Shown: piece after piece, positions 28,137 through 36,737 of the stretch
How the letters are laid out: every line of letters begins with the position of its first letter
Position numbering within the stretch: the stretch's first letter is position 1
NCBI GenBank assembly: GCA_035542415.1
Contig: DATKLM010000076.1
Location: 8,036 to 72,035 of the forward strand
Source: Spirochaetia bacterium
GTDB taxonomy: Bacteria > Spirochaetota > Spirochaetia > SZUA-6 > Fen-1364
Direction of reading: 5' to 3'
DNA length: 64,000 nt
Notes under the pieces: model-generated
Told to the model about the DNA's origin: nothing
The model's database searches: none
Seen by the model: only the letters and a program-made list of their open reading frames with translations
Made by a program: the position numbers and the translations under genes

Positions 28137-29390
28137 TCAATGCTTGAAGCACCGCTGGCCGGTGAAGACCATGGCGGCGTCCGCCTCGTTGCACGCCTCG
28201 ATGGACTCGAAGTCCCGCTCCGATCCTCCCGGCTGCACGACGGCCCTGACGCCTTCCCGAAGCCCCACCTCCACGCCGTCGCGGAACGGGAAGAATCCGT
28301 CCGACACCATGATGGAGCCGGCAATGCCGCCTTTCTGCCGGGCAACTTCACGGTCGATCTCGGCGCGCGCTTCCGCCTTGTCCAGGGAGGCATACGGCGC
28401 CTGGAAAGATTCCCACGCCAGGCGATCCGCCAGTTTTCGATACGCCTTGTCCCGGGCGATCTCCGCAACCCCGACGCGGTCCTGTTCCCCGGTGCCGATG
28501 CCCACCGTGGCGCCATCCTTGACGTAGATCACGGAGTTGCTCGTGACGCCCGTCTCGACGAGCCAGCCGAACAGGAGGTCCTCGTACTCGCGCTCCGTCG
28601 GCATCCTGGCCGTGCGGTACTGCCGGCCCTTGTACGTCGCCTGGGCCGGCAGGAAGTCCGCGGCCGACCGGGTACGCGGCACGAACGCCGTCTGCGCGAT
28701 GATCCCGCCGTCGATGAGGCTCTTGAAGTCAACATACTGCGCGCCGACGAACGCGGAAAGCCGGGACATGTTCCCGATGCGCATGATCCGCAGGTTCTTC
28801 CAGCGGGAAAGCTCCGCAAGGGCGGCGGGAGCGAACTCGGGTGCGACCACCACCTCCGCGTACGTCTCGGCGATCAGCGTCGCCGTCTCGAGGTCCACCT
28901 CGCGGTTCAGCGCGATGGCTCCCCCGAAGGCGGCCAGCCGATCCGCCATGTGCGCCTTGTGGTAGGCCTCCACAAGCGTGGAGCCTTTTGCCGCGCCGCA
29001 GGGGTTGTTGTGCTTGACGATCACGGCGCACGGGACATCCGAAAAATAGCGCAGAATGTTCAGCGCGTTGTCCGCATCCGTGATGTTGATCTTCCCCGGG
29101 TGCTTGCCTGACTGAAGAAGCTCCACCTCCGAGGCGAGGTGTCGTCCCGGCCGGATCGTCACCGCCTCCCCGAGGGAGAGATTCCCGTTCACAAGACGGT
29201 ACAGGGCCGCTTCCTGCCCGGGGTTCTCCCCGTAGCGCAGCCCCGTCTCCACGCCGCCAATCACCCACGTGGCCTTTTCATAGAAGAGAGTCTGGCGGCC
29301 CGATTCCCCGGCGAACGTGATCTCCATGCGCTCGGGAAAATGGTCCTCCATGATGCGCCGATAGGCGCTCTTGAAATCAGGGGCACTCAC
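28137..29390 (-). CDS. purH: AICAR formyltransferase, stand-alone (C-terminal half of canonical PurH)
   Basis: 417 aa, GTG start. LRYGENPGQ...VIVKHNNPCG...AFGGAIALN...IGTGEQDRV...SDGFFPFRDG...VVQPGGSERD...FTGQRCFKH matches the AICARFT domain. Confidence 0.85.
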   Translation of the reverse strand: MSAPDFKSAYRRIMEDHFPERMEITFAGESGRQTLFYEKATWVIGGVETGLRYGENPGQEAALYRLVNGNLSLGEAVTIRPGRHLASEVELLQSGKHPGKINITDADNALNILRYFSDVPCAVIVKHNNPCGAAKGSTLVEAYHKAHMADRLAAFGGAIALNREVDLETATLIAETYAEVVVAPEFAPAALAELSRWKNLRIMRIGNMSRLSAFVGAQYVDFKSLIDGGIIAQTAFVPRTRSAADFLPAQATYKGRQYRTARMPTEREYEDLLFGWLVETGVTSNSVIYVKDGATVGIGTGEQDRVGVAEIARDKAYRKLADRLAWESFQAPYASLDKAEARAEIDREVARQKGGIAGSIMVSDGFFPFRDGVEVGLREGVRAVVQPGGSERDFESIEACNEADAAMVFTGQRCFKH

Positions 29391-29396
29391 GATTTT

Positions 29397-30086
29397 TCAG
29401 TTTCCCTTTTTGACGTCGTAAACGGCGCTGACCTGGGGAAAGTCGAGGCCGTCGAGGTACTCCGAGACGGCCGCGTCGTATGCGGCGGTCAGTCGAAACG
29501 CGGTGCGGGCCAGGCGCCAGCGGGTGGCAAGGGAAAGGGAGCCGCCGGCCGCGGCGAGCTCGTTGACGACGACGCCGTAGTCCCGGGGATCGGTCAGCAC
29601 CGCGACCCGGTGGAAGTTCTTCGCCGCCGCTCTCGTCATGCAGGGCCCGCCGACATCGATGTTGGCCCGGGCTGTCTCCGGCGTCGTTTCGGACCGTGCA
29701 ACGGTTTCACCGAAGGGGTACAGGTTCACGACGACCATGTCGATGGGAACAGCGCCGGCGCGTTCCAGATCGGCATGATGCGCAGGGTTGTATGTCTCTG
29801 AGAGGAGCCCGAGGTAGATCTTGAAGTCGAGAGTCTTCACGAGGCCGCCCTGCATCTCGGGCTGCCCCGTATAGCGGGAGACCTGTTCCAGCGCAGCCGC
29901 GGCGGATGGACCGAGGATCTTCTGGATCGTGTCATAGGTCCCGCCGGTGGAAAGGATTCGAAGCCCGGGCGAGGTGGAAGCGAGCCCTGTTACGAGGAGA
30001 TCGAGGCCGGTCTTGTCCGAGACGCTGATCAGGACGGTCCTGATGCGGACCCTGTCGTCGATGGTCTGGACTATGTTGAGGGCCAT
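29397..30086 (-). CDS. purH: IMP cyclohydrolase, stand-alone (MGS-like N-terminal half of canonical PurH)
   Basis: 229 aa. LISVSDKTGL...STGGT...VKTLDFKIYLGLL...DMVVVNLYPF...NIDVGGPCMTRAAAKN matches the IMPCH domain. The stop lies 6 nt before the AICARFT start. Confidence 0.85.
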   Translation of the reverse strand: MALNIVQTIDDRVRIRTVLISVSDKTGLDLLVTGLASTSPGLRILSTGGTYDTIQKILGPSAAAALEQVSRYTGQPEMQGGLVKTLDFKIYLGLLSETYNPAHHADLERAGAVPIDMVVVNLYPFGETVARSETTPETARANIDVGGPCMTRAAAKNFHRVAVLTDPRDYGVVVNELAAAGGSLSLATRWRLARTAFRLTAAYDAAVSEYLDGLDFPQVSAVYDVKKGN

Positions 30087-30154
30087 CTCTCCTCCGCGCG
30101 GGCATGCTATTGATTTTCCCGGGAAGATTCAACAGCCTTCTGTCGCCATCGCGT

Positions 30155-30198
30155 CGGCCTTTCGGCCGTACGGGAGTACCCGTTCGGCGAGTACGCCG
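30155..30198 (-). promoter_or_regulatory. Three tandem 14-nt mini-hairpins in the purH-operon leader/divergent promoter region
   Basis: The minus-strand RNA reads CGGCG-UACU-CGCCG, ACGGG-UACU-CCCGU and CGGCC-GAAA-GGCCG, back to back with a period of about 15 nt. Confidence 0.35.
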
Positions 30199-30218
30199 TC
30201 CCAGGCACGTGGCCTCCC

Positions 30219-30247
30219 TCGACATCCCCGTCTACGCTTGATAGAAT
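30219..30247 (+). promoter_or_regulatory. Predicted promoter (TCGACA-N17-TAGAAT) ending 9 nt before the ATG at 30257
   Basis: Read directly, with no SD. Confidence 0.35.
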
Positions 30248-30256
30248 GCTCTCCCG

Positions 30257-32080
30257 ATGCAGAGCTCTCTCCGACGGCGCCTCTTCGTCCCCATCGTCTA
30301 CATCGGTGTCATCCTTCCGCTCCTCCTCCTGGCATTGTTTGCGAAAAGCTTCTCGGAAAGCATTGGTGATGCCCGGGTCTCGGGCCGCTTCTCTCCTTTC
30401 CCTCTTTTCAACGCCAGCACGCTGGAGGAGCTCACGCTTTTCTGGAACGGGCTGTCCCTTGACTTCTCTCAGAACGCGCAGCCGGGACTCCGCAGGTATG
30501 AGGCCGCAGATGGTCAGGCAGACATCGTGTTCGACGGGAATGCCCGGCTTCGGCTTTCTCCCTCGGAGGGGGCAGGCTCGCTCGCCATCGTCCCTATCGC
30601 CGGTTCGGCGGCTTCGATCCCTGCCGTGGAGATTCCTTTCTCCATCTCGGGCATTGTCGACCGCCAAGGTCAGGCCGGCGCGCTGCTCTGGAGACAGGGA
30701 GACCGCAGATACAAGCTGATCCTGCCATCCGGCGCGCGCATCGACTACGACGCGCGGTCCATCGAGCTGCCGACCCTGGGACAGCAGGGCTTTCGGCTCG
30801 TTTCGCTGCAGCCGCCTGAGGCAGTGGTTGCCCTCGCCGGCTCGGTTCCTGCCCAGCGTCCAACCCGTGCGAGCGCGTCGCGGCTTCCGGATGAGAGGGC
30901 CCTGCCGACGCCGGAGCAACTCAGTGCGGCCATCGGCCGGTTCGTCGATGCGGCATACGCGGGGTGGAGCTCCGTGCGTCGGAACGAGGACGCCGGTACG
31001 TGGAAAATGCCCGACGGAACCTCGGCGTTTGACGAGACCATCGGCGTTGCCCTGCTGGCGGAGGCCCTGAACCGCGGGACGTTCGCGGGAGGTCTTCAGA
31101 TATGGACGGATGCCCTGCAGCAGAGAGGCGTTGACTCCGCTCCCGTCACAAGCGTCTACACCGGGCGGACGAAGGACTTCGTGAAACAGGTCCGGGGCTC
31201 CGATGACGCCGAGACTCAGCGGCTGAACGGGCTCGTGGACCGCTCGGATCTTTCCTTCCTTTCAACTCCGGGAGCCGAGCTCTTTCTCCTCACGCGCGCC
31301 GGCCGCGGTCCGGCAAAAGAGGCGGAGACATTCCTCCTGTCAAAAGGCGCAGCCGGGCTGGACACGGCCGGGTCCTTGTCGCTCCTCGAGGCGCTCCTGG
31401 ACTACGCCCAGTTCTCCACGGACGATCCGCAGCTTCCGGAGAAGGCGCGCCAGCTTATCGACAAGGGAATCTTCACCCTGATCACAGCCGTTGATTCGGC
31501 GGTCTTTCTGCGATCCGGGACAGGGGCAAGCGTGGACGTGCGGCAATCCGTTCGGGCCGGCTCGCTCCTTGTCCGGGCCGGATCCCTGCTGCAATATGCA
31601 CGGGCGGCGGCCATGGGGCGCGGACTGATTGCTTCCGCCCTCGCGCTGTCCTCGGGTGCGGGCTACCTGCCTGCATCGCTCACGGCGGACTCGGGCCGCA
31701 TCACGGCGCCGCAGGGGGCGATCGCCCCGGAGTCGGTGTACCGTCTGCTCCCGATGGATCGTCACCTCCCGAGGCCGGTGCCCCTGTTCGCCCAGCTCGG
31801 CGATGGCGCGTGGGTCTTGACCGCCGCCGCGGTGACGCCGCTGCCGGGAAGCGACTCCGTGGTCAGGCTCGGGTTCTCCTACCCGATCAAGGTGGCGCAC
31901 AGCCTGGTGTTCCGCGGCCTTCGACCGTTCTCGGAGATCCGGCTCCATGGGATCCCCTGGCACGCAGATCCATCGTACGCGTCCTACTCGGATGGCTGGT
32001 CGTACGACACGGCAGGCCGCACGCTTCTCATGAAGATCACCGGGCGGGTGGACCAGGAGGTGGTGGAGATCAGGTTCTAG
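30257..32080 (+). CDS. Hypothetical membrane-anchored protein (single N-terminal TM, 607 aa)
   Basis: The long ORF has protein-like composition and an N-terminal LFVPIVYIGVILPLLLLALFA anchor. No motif was recognised. Confidence 0.6.
   Translation: MQSSLRRRLFVPIVYIGVILPLLLLALFAKSFSESIGDARVSGRFSPFPLFNASTLEELTLFWNGLSLDFSQNAQPGLRRYEAADGQADIVFDGNARLRLSPSEGAGSLAIVPIAGSAASIPAVEIPFSISGIVDRQGQAGALLWRQGDRRYKLILPSGARIDYDARSIELPTLGQQGFRLVSLQPPEAVVALAGSVPAQRPTRASASRLPDERALPTPEQLSAAIGRFVDAAYAGWSSVRRNEDAGTWKMPDGTSAFDETIGVALLAEALNRGTFAGGLQIWTDALQQRGVDSAPVTSVYTGRTKDFVKQVRGSDDAETQRLNGLVDRSDLSFLSTPGAELFLLTRAGRGPAKEAETFLLSKGAAGLDTAGSLSLLEALLDYAQFSTDDPQLPEKARQLIDKGIFTLITAVDSAVFLRSGTGASVDVRQSVRAGSLLVRAGSLLQYARAAAMGRGLIASALALSSGAGYLPASLTADSGRITAPQGAIAPESVYRLLPMDRHLPRPVPLFAQLGDGAWVLTAAAVTPLPGSDSVVRLGFSYPIKVAHSLVFRGLRPFSEIRLHGIPWHADPSYASYSDGWSYDTAGRTLLMKITGRVDQEVVEIRF
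31550..31591 (+). repeat. Imperfect 21-nt tandem duplication encoding VRAGSLL-VRAGSLL
   Basis: 16/21 nt identical between the two units, lying inside the hypothetical CDS. Confidence 0.5.
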
Positions 32081-32125
32081 GCAGGGACGGCGGACAGGCC
32101 GACTTGGCGCGGCCGCGGCCCGGGG

Positions 32126-32830
32126 CTATGCGGGCCTGAGGCCCCGCCGTGCAGAGCGCGGTTCCATTTCCTCGTACAGGCTCATCACGCTGGTCTCCAG
32201 TTCGCTCTTCAGCCGATGTTTCTCCAGCCCGAACGGGACGTGCGCGTCGAAACGGATCGGCTTTCCCACGCGGATCGCTCCGGCGTGGCGGTTGACGGCA
32301 ATCGGAAGGAACTGGACGGCCTTCTTCGTCTCCTGGTAGTAGAGCCTGGCGACGTGGATGAAGCCGGTACAGAACTCGCACAGCACGTCGTTGATCTTTC
32401 TCGTGGAGTCCTCGGCGAACACGAGGATGTTCTTCCCCTGCTTCAGGAGGGCGATGCTCTGGAGCACCGTCGCCTTGATCATCTTGCTCTTCTGGTAGAC
32501 CGGGATTGCCCCGATGTCCCTCATGAGCGCGACGCAGATCCTGCCCACGACCCTGCCGAGCCACGCGCTGAACGGCGGCCGCAGGTGCAGCTCCTGCTCG
32601 ATGAACTCCTGCTGGATGCGCGGCGCGGCGGTCTTCAGGTCCGTGACCTCGTGCGCAACCCACGGGTACAGCCTCAGGGGAACCGACGTGATGACGGAGA
32701 CGGGACCGAAGGATCCCACGTGATTTGCCACCATGATCACGGGCTCGTCCGAAGGAAGGTTTGCTCTCCCCCGGAGCCGGGCCTTGAAGAAGAGGCAGCG
32801 GATCGCCTTATAGAAGTAGCGCGCAACCAT
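32126..32830 (-). CDS. PlsC/LPLAT-family acyltransferase-like protein with atypical first motif (NHVGSFG instead of HX4D)
   Basis: Start at the ATG at 32830 (MVARYFYK...). Block I ANHVGSFGP and block III FAEDSTRK (FPEGTR-like) are present. The Asp of HX4D is replaced by Gly. Confidence 0.5.
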   Translation of the reverse strand: MVARYFYKAIRCLFFKARLRGRANLPSDEPVIMVANHVGSFGPVSVITSVPLRLYPWVAHEVTDLKTAAPRIQQEFIEQELHLRPPFSAWLGRVVGRICVALMRDIGAIPVYQKSKMIKATVLQSIALLKQGKNILVFAEDSTRKINDVLCEFCTGFIHVARLYYQETKKAVQFLPIAVNRHAGAIRVGKPIRFDAHVPFGLEKHRLKSELETSVMSLYEEMEPRSARRGLRPA

Positions 32831-32929
32831 CCTGGCCCCGCAATTGCATCGGCAGTCTATGTCGATACTATCCACGCCTGCTCGCGGCGTCAAGTTTGGC
32901 TGTCCGGGGTGGTTGTCCGGGCGCAGGGT

Positions 32930-33904
32930 CTAGAAAGCCTGCTTGGGTTCGCCTTCGCGGCCCAGGAGCGCCTTGAGGAGAAAGGGGCTCGTGAGGAATG
33001 CCAGCAGGGAGAGAGACAGGACGATGATGGCGAACAGCCCGCCGAGTCCCCAGAAGCTGCGCAGCACCGCCGCGCCTCCCACGATCCCTACGGCGAGCAC
33101 GGCGCCCGCCTTGAGGAGCCTCTGGCGGATGCGGACGAAGAACACCGATGCAACGCCGAGGGTTGCGCAGAACAGCGCCATGGCGGTGTCCCACCTGCTG
33201 AAGCGTCCCTCGAATCCGCGCAGGGCATTCAGGAGATACCCCTCCGACCTGCTCACCGTAATGAGCCAGATTGCCAGGACCGGCAGGGGGAGAAGCATCA
33301 GCGAGACAAGGATCCAGTCTCTGCGGGCGATCTTGACCGTGGTGGCTGCCACGAGCCAGATGGTGGACATGCACAGGCAGCCCAGGAGCCCGAGTTGCCA
33401 CAGCGGCGCCGGGATGCCGGTGCCGTATGCGACGTACGTCACGGTGCGCACTGCCGGGTCCCACGAGACGTAGGTCAGGATCAGAAGGGGGAAGACCGCG
33501 TATCCGATCCACGAGTACAGCCAGGGAGGAGTCCCCCGGCGCCACCCGACGAGGGCGATGAACACGATGGTGGAGAATGCCGTTACAAGAAGCACCGGCT
33601 GCCGCCAGACATGCGTGGCAAACAGCGCCGCCACGATCATGTGCGGCTGGCAGCTGATGAGCGCCTCCATCCAGCTCCCCCGGCTGTACGCCTCGTACAT
33701 GAGCCGGGCAATGGACCGGGCGCCGCCGAAGGAGGCCAGGGCTTCCCGCGTGGCCAGGGGCTCGGGCAGACCGCCGTCCTGAAGCTCGCTGACCTTCTCC
33801 TGGAAGTGGGTGTACAGCTCGCTGATCACCCGCGACTCGGTGCCCGGGTCGAGATGAAGGTGAGCCCTCACCTGGTTAAGGAAGCTGGCAACCTCCGTCC
33901 GCAC
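32930..33904 (-). CDS. Polytopic membrane protein with N-terminal DUF1700/HAAS-like cytoplasmic helix bundle (PadR-associated)
   Basis: 324 aa, immediately downstream of padR. The N-terminal VASFLNQVRAHLHLDP...ISELYTHFQEK is followed by about 7 TM segments. Confidence 0.55.
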   Translation of the reverse strand: MRTEVASFLNQVRAHLHLDPGTESRVISELYTHFQEKVSELQDGGLPEPLATREALASFGGARSIARLMYEAYSRGSWMEALISCQPHMIVAALFATHVWRQPVLLVTAFSTIVFIALVGWRRGTPPWLYSWIGYAVFPLLILTYVSWDPAVRTVTYVAYGTGIPAPLWQLGLLGCLCMSTIWLVAATTVKIARRDWILVSLMLLPLPVLAIWLITVSRSEGYLLNALRGFEGRFSRWDTAMALFCATLGVASVFFVRIRQRLLKAGAVLAVGIVGGAAVLRSFWGLGGLFAIIVLSLSLLAFLTSPFLLKALLGREGEPKQAF

Positions 33905-33917
33905 GGACCGGCCCCTC

Positions 33918-34271
33918 CTATCCCTCCGCGGGTTTCATCACAAGGGCCATGGCGCTGGAGAAGCTCTTCCACATGGCCAGCTTCTGCTGCAGAAGCTCAC
34001 GTCCCTTGTCCGTCATGGCGTAGTAGCGGCGCTCCTGGCCGTTGGGCAGCTTCTTCCATTCCCCGCGAACAAGCCCGTCGTTTTCCAGCTTGCGCAGGGC
34101 CGGGTAGACGGTGCCTTCCTTGAAACGGAAGTATCCGCCGCTGCGCGCCTCGATCTCCTTGATCAGGCGGTAGCCGTAGGTCTGTCCCTGCTCGTTGATG
34201 AGGTAAAGAAGCAGGGAATCGGTATTCCCGCGAAGAAGATCGGAATCATAGCCTCGTGTCGTGTCCGCCAT
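33918..34271 (-). CDS. PadR-family transcriptional regulator
   Basis: Start at the ATG at 34271 (MADTTRGY...). LLLYLINEQGQTYGYRLIKEI...FKEGTVYPALRKLENDGLV...RRYYAMTDKG is the PadR winged helix. Confidence 0.85.
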   Translation of the reverse strand: MADTTRGYDSDLLRGNTDSLLLYLINEQGQTYGYRLIKEIEARSGGYFRFKEGTVYPALRKLENDGLVRGEWKKLPNGQERRYYAMTDKGRELLQQKLAMWKSFSSAMALVMKPAEG

Positions 34272-34309
34272 CTCCTCCCTCACTTTCTTGCCAATGTTCG
34301 TCTGGGAAA

Positions 34310-34339
34310 AGGGTAGTGACGCCCGTCGGCAGGTGTCAA
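34310..34339 (-). promoter_or_regulatory. Possible padR promoter (TTGACA-N18-TACCCT)
   Basis: Perfect -35, followed by a GAGGGAGGAG SD about 35 nt downstream. Confidence 0.3.
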
Positions 34340-34392
34340 GGCCCCCTGCTGTCGGGCCGCGCTCCGCTCCCCATTGGTGTATACTTACGGGC

Positions 34393-34887
34393 ATGGCGAA
34401 GGCGAAACCGAAGGCGAAGAAGAAGCCCGATCCGCGCCGGGCGAAGCTCGAGAAGGAGCTGAAGGACGCGATCAAGCAGATCGACGAGGAAGGTCTTCTC
34501 TTCCTCCTGCAGCAGGCCGGCGTCCTGATTCACAACGCGCGCGTGGACCGGATCAACAAGGTGGCCAGCGAGATCCGAGGCACGCGCAAGGCCGGCGCCG
34601 CCGCCCCCCCGGCGGGGGTCGAGATCGAGGAGGCGGAGGGCGGGAAGGTCTTCTTTCTCACCCTCGGACAGAGCCGCAAGGTGATGAACCTGGAGGAGAT
34701 GAAGAGGATCATCCGCATCTGCTACGCGGCCGAGACGAAGAGCGATGCGCTGCGCCAGCTGTTCACGGTGTTCGAGCGGGAGCGGCGTGACATCCTCTCG
34801 GACGCCCACATCGGAAATCCGCAGAACCCGCTCCTCAACGGCCTTTTCAACGCGGTGAGGCAGAAGTTCAAGCTCGAAGACAGGTAG
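34393..34887 (+). CDS. Hypothetical protein with Lys-rich N-terminus (164 aa)
   Basis: Start at the ATG at 34393 (MAKAKPKAKKKPD...), 7 nt after a TATACT -10-like hexamer (34380-34385). No motif recognised. Confidence 0.5.
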   Translation: MAKAKPKAKKKPDPRRAKLEKELKDAIKQIDEEGLLFLLQQAGVLIHNARVDRINKVASEIRGTRKAGAAAPPAGVEIEEAEGGKVFFLTLGQSRKVMNLEEMKRIIRICYAAETKSDALRQLFTVFERERRDILSDAHIGNPQNPLLNGLFNAVRQKFKLEDR

Positions 34888-34896
34888 GGCGTAGTC

Positions 34897-34925
34897 TTGC
34901 ACCGGCGGTGAATCCGCTCTATTCT
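34897..34925 (+). promoter_or_regulatory. Predicted promoter (TTGCAC-N17-TATTCT) ending 5 nt before the ATG at 34931
   Basis: Read directly. The geometry places the transcription start at or next to the A of the ATG. Confidence 0.4.
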
Positions 34926-34930
34926 TTCTC

Positions 34931-35473
34931 ATGGCCCCGGCTGAAATCGATGGGAAGTATTTTCTCTCCTACGAGGAAATCCACGATACGATCCGCGCGC
35001 TCTCACGGAAGATCATGGACGACGGTTTCGACCCGGATGTCATCGTGGCAATCGGGACAGGCGGATTCATCCCTGCCCGGATCCTCAAGACGTTCCTCAA
35101 AAAGCCGATCCTGACCGTCGGCATCTCCTACTACGGTCCCGACAACAAGCCGGCAAGGACCCCGCACACAATCCAGTGGATCGACGAGGTGGAAAAAAAG
35201 CTCCAGGGTAAAAGGGTGCTCCTTGTCGACGAGGTCGACGATTCCCGCGTAACCCTGGAATACTGCCTGCGGGAGCTGCTGCGTCACGGCGCGCAGGAGA
35301 TCGCCATCGCCGTGTTGCACAACAAGGACAAGGAGAAGCGGGGGAAGATTCCCGAAGAGATCCGCCGCTACTACGTTGGTCTGGAACTGGAGGACCGCTG
35401 GATCTGCTACCCCTGGGACGCGCTGGACATCACGGAGCACTCCCGCAAGGCGGACCAGCCCTCTACGGTCTGA
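34931..35473 (+). CDS. Purine phosphoribosyltransferase (hypoxanthine/xanthine-guanine PRT-like)
   Basis: PRPP-binding motif VLLVDEVDDSRVT and IVAIGTGGFIPARIL are present, 180 aa. Confidence 0.75.
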   Translation: MAPAEIDGKYFLSYEEIHDTIRALSRKIMDDGFDPDVIVAIGTGGFIPARILKTFLKKPILTVGISYYGPDNKPARTPHTIQWIDEVEKKLQGKRVLLVDEVDDSRVTLEYCLRELLRHGAQEIAIAVLHNKDKEKRGKIPEEIRRYYVGLELEDRWICYPWDALDITEHSRKADQPSTV

Positions 35474-36737
35474 CCCTCTTTCGATCCCGCGGGAACAACG
35501 TCGCCTCCTTGACGCTGCCGAGACCGAGGATCTTCTGCGTGAGCCGCTCCAATCCGATTGCGAAACCGCCGTGGGGCGGGCAGCCGTAGCGGAAGATGGA
35601 CAGGTAGTCGGCAAGGCCGGCGGGGTCCAGCCCGAACGTCTTCGCGTTTTCCACGAGCATGTCGTACTGGTTGATGCGCATGCCCCCGGAGGTCACCTCC
35701 AGGCCGCGGAACAGCAGATCGAACGCACGGGTCTTGTTGTTGTCCGCCGGGAACGTGTAGAACGGCCGGGACTTGCGGGGGTAGCCGTGGACAAAGGCAG
35801 CATCGATGCCGGCGGTCTTCTGCGCCCAATCGCAGAGCGTTCTCTCTCCCTCGGGAGTGATCTCGAACGCTTTCCTGCCGGTCTCCTTCGACACGATCTC
35901 CCGGGCTTCGTCATGCGACACGCGGGGGATACGGACGCATGCTTCAGGATCCGGCACCGACGCCTTCCACGCCTCGAGGTCTTTTCCGTTCGCCTCCCGG
36001 ACGACCGTGAAGATCGAGGCGAGGATCCGGGTCTCCAGGTCCATGAGCTCCTGCTCGCTCTCGATGAAAGCCATCTCCACGTCCAGGGACACGAACTCGT
36101 TGATGTGCCGGGGCGTGTCGTGCTTCTCCGCCCGGTAGGCCGGACCGATCTCGAACACGCGCTCCAGCCCGGAGGCGATCATGGCCTGCTTGTACAGCTG
36201 CGGGGACTGCGTCAGGTACACTCTCGTGTCGAAATATTCCACGGCGAAGAGGCCGGTGCCTCCCTCGGTTCCCGTGCCGATGAGCTTGGAAGTCTTGATC
36301 TCGCTGAAGCCTTCGCTTCTCATGTGCTCCGCGAATCCTCGGAGGATAGAAGACTGCACGCGGAAAATCGACAGGATGGACGGGTTGCGGACGGAGATCA
36401 TGCGGTTGTCAAGGATCGACTCCAGGGACGTCTTGCCCGGCTCCTGGTTCACCGGAAACGGAAGATCGACGGCTGCCGCGGAGAGCACCTCGAGCTTCTC
36501 GACGCGCACCTCAACGCCGCCGGGAGCCTTCTCATTAGCGGAAGCCGTGCCTTCCACGCGGATGACGGACTCCACGGTGACATCGGGCTTCTCGCTGAAG
36601 ACGAGCTGAGCGCTCCCGCTGCGGTCCCGCAGGACCACGAAGGAGACCTTTCCCAGGTCCCTGATGCGGTGCACCCAGCCGCTCAGGCTGACGGCGGTGC
36701 CCACCTTGCCGGGGAGCTCAGAGGCAAGCGTCCGCAT
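35463..36737 (-). CDS. aspS: Aspartyl-tRNA synthetase, archaeal/eukaryal type (probably non-discriminating)
   Basis: Start at the ATG at 36737 (MRTLASEL...) with a GGAG SD, 20 nt inside the 3' end of gatB. Class II motifs are FEIGPAYRAEKHDTPRHINEFVSLDVEM and GCPPHGGFAIGLERL...LFPRDRKRVRP. Confidence 0.85.
   Translation of the reverse strand: MRTLASELPGKVGTAVSLSGWVHRIRDLGKVSFVVLRDRSGSAQLVFSEKPDVTVESVIRVEGTASANEKAPGGVEVRVEKLEVLSAAAVDLPFPVNQEPGKTSLESILDNRMISVRNPSILSIFRVQSSILRGFAEHMRSEGFSEIKTSKLIGTGTEGGTGLFAVEYFDTRVYLTQSPQLYKQAMIASGLERVFEIGPAYRAEKHDTPRHINEFVSLDVEMAFIESEQELMDLETRILASIFTVVREANGKDLEAWKASVPDPEACVRIPRVSHDEAREIVSKETGRKAFEITPEGERTLCDWAQKTAGIDAAFVHGYPRKSRPFYTFPADNNKTRAFDLLFRGLEVTSGGMRINQYDMLVENAKTFGLDPAGLADYLSIFRYGCPPHGGFAIGLERLTQKILGLGSVKEATLFPRDRKRVRP

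Noticed and set aside
30087-30256. A ZTP (pfl) or THF riboswitch upstream of the purH-glyA-folD operon, and a ZTP-like CCGCCCAGGGG in the RRM leader at about 15680.
   Set aside because: The hallmark segments as I recall them (UGACUGGCG ... CCGCCUGGGC for ZTP, and the THF aptamer core) are not present in the purH leader. The CCGCCCAGG match in the RRM leader lacks the 5' sub-domain and has the wrong gene context. An Infernal scan would settle this.
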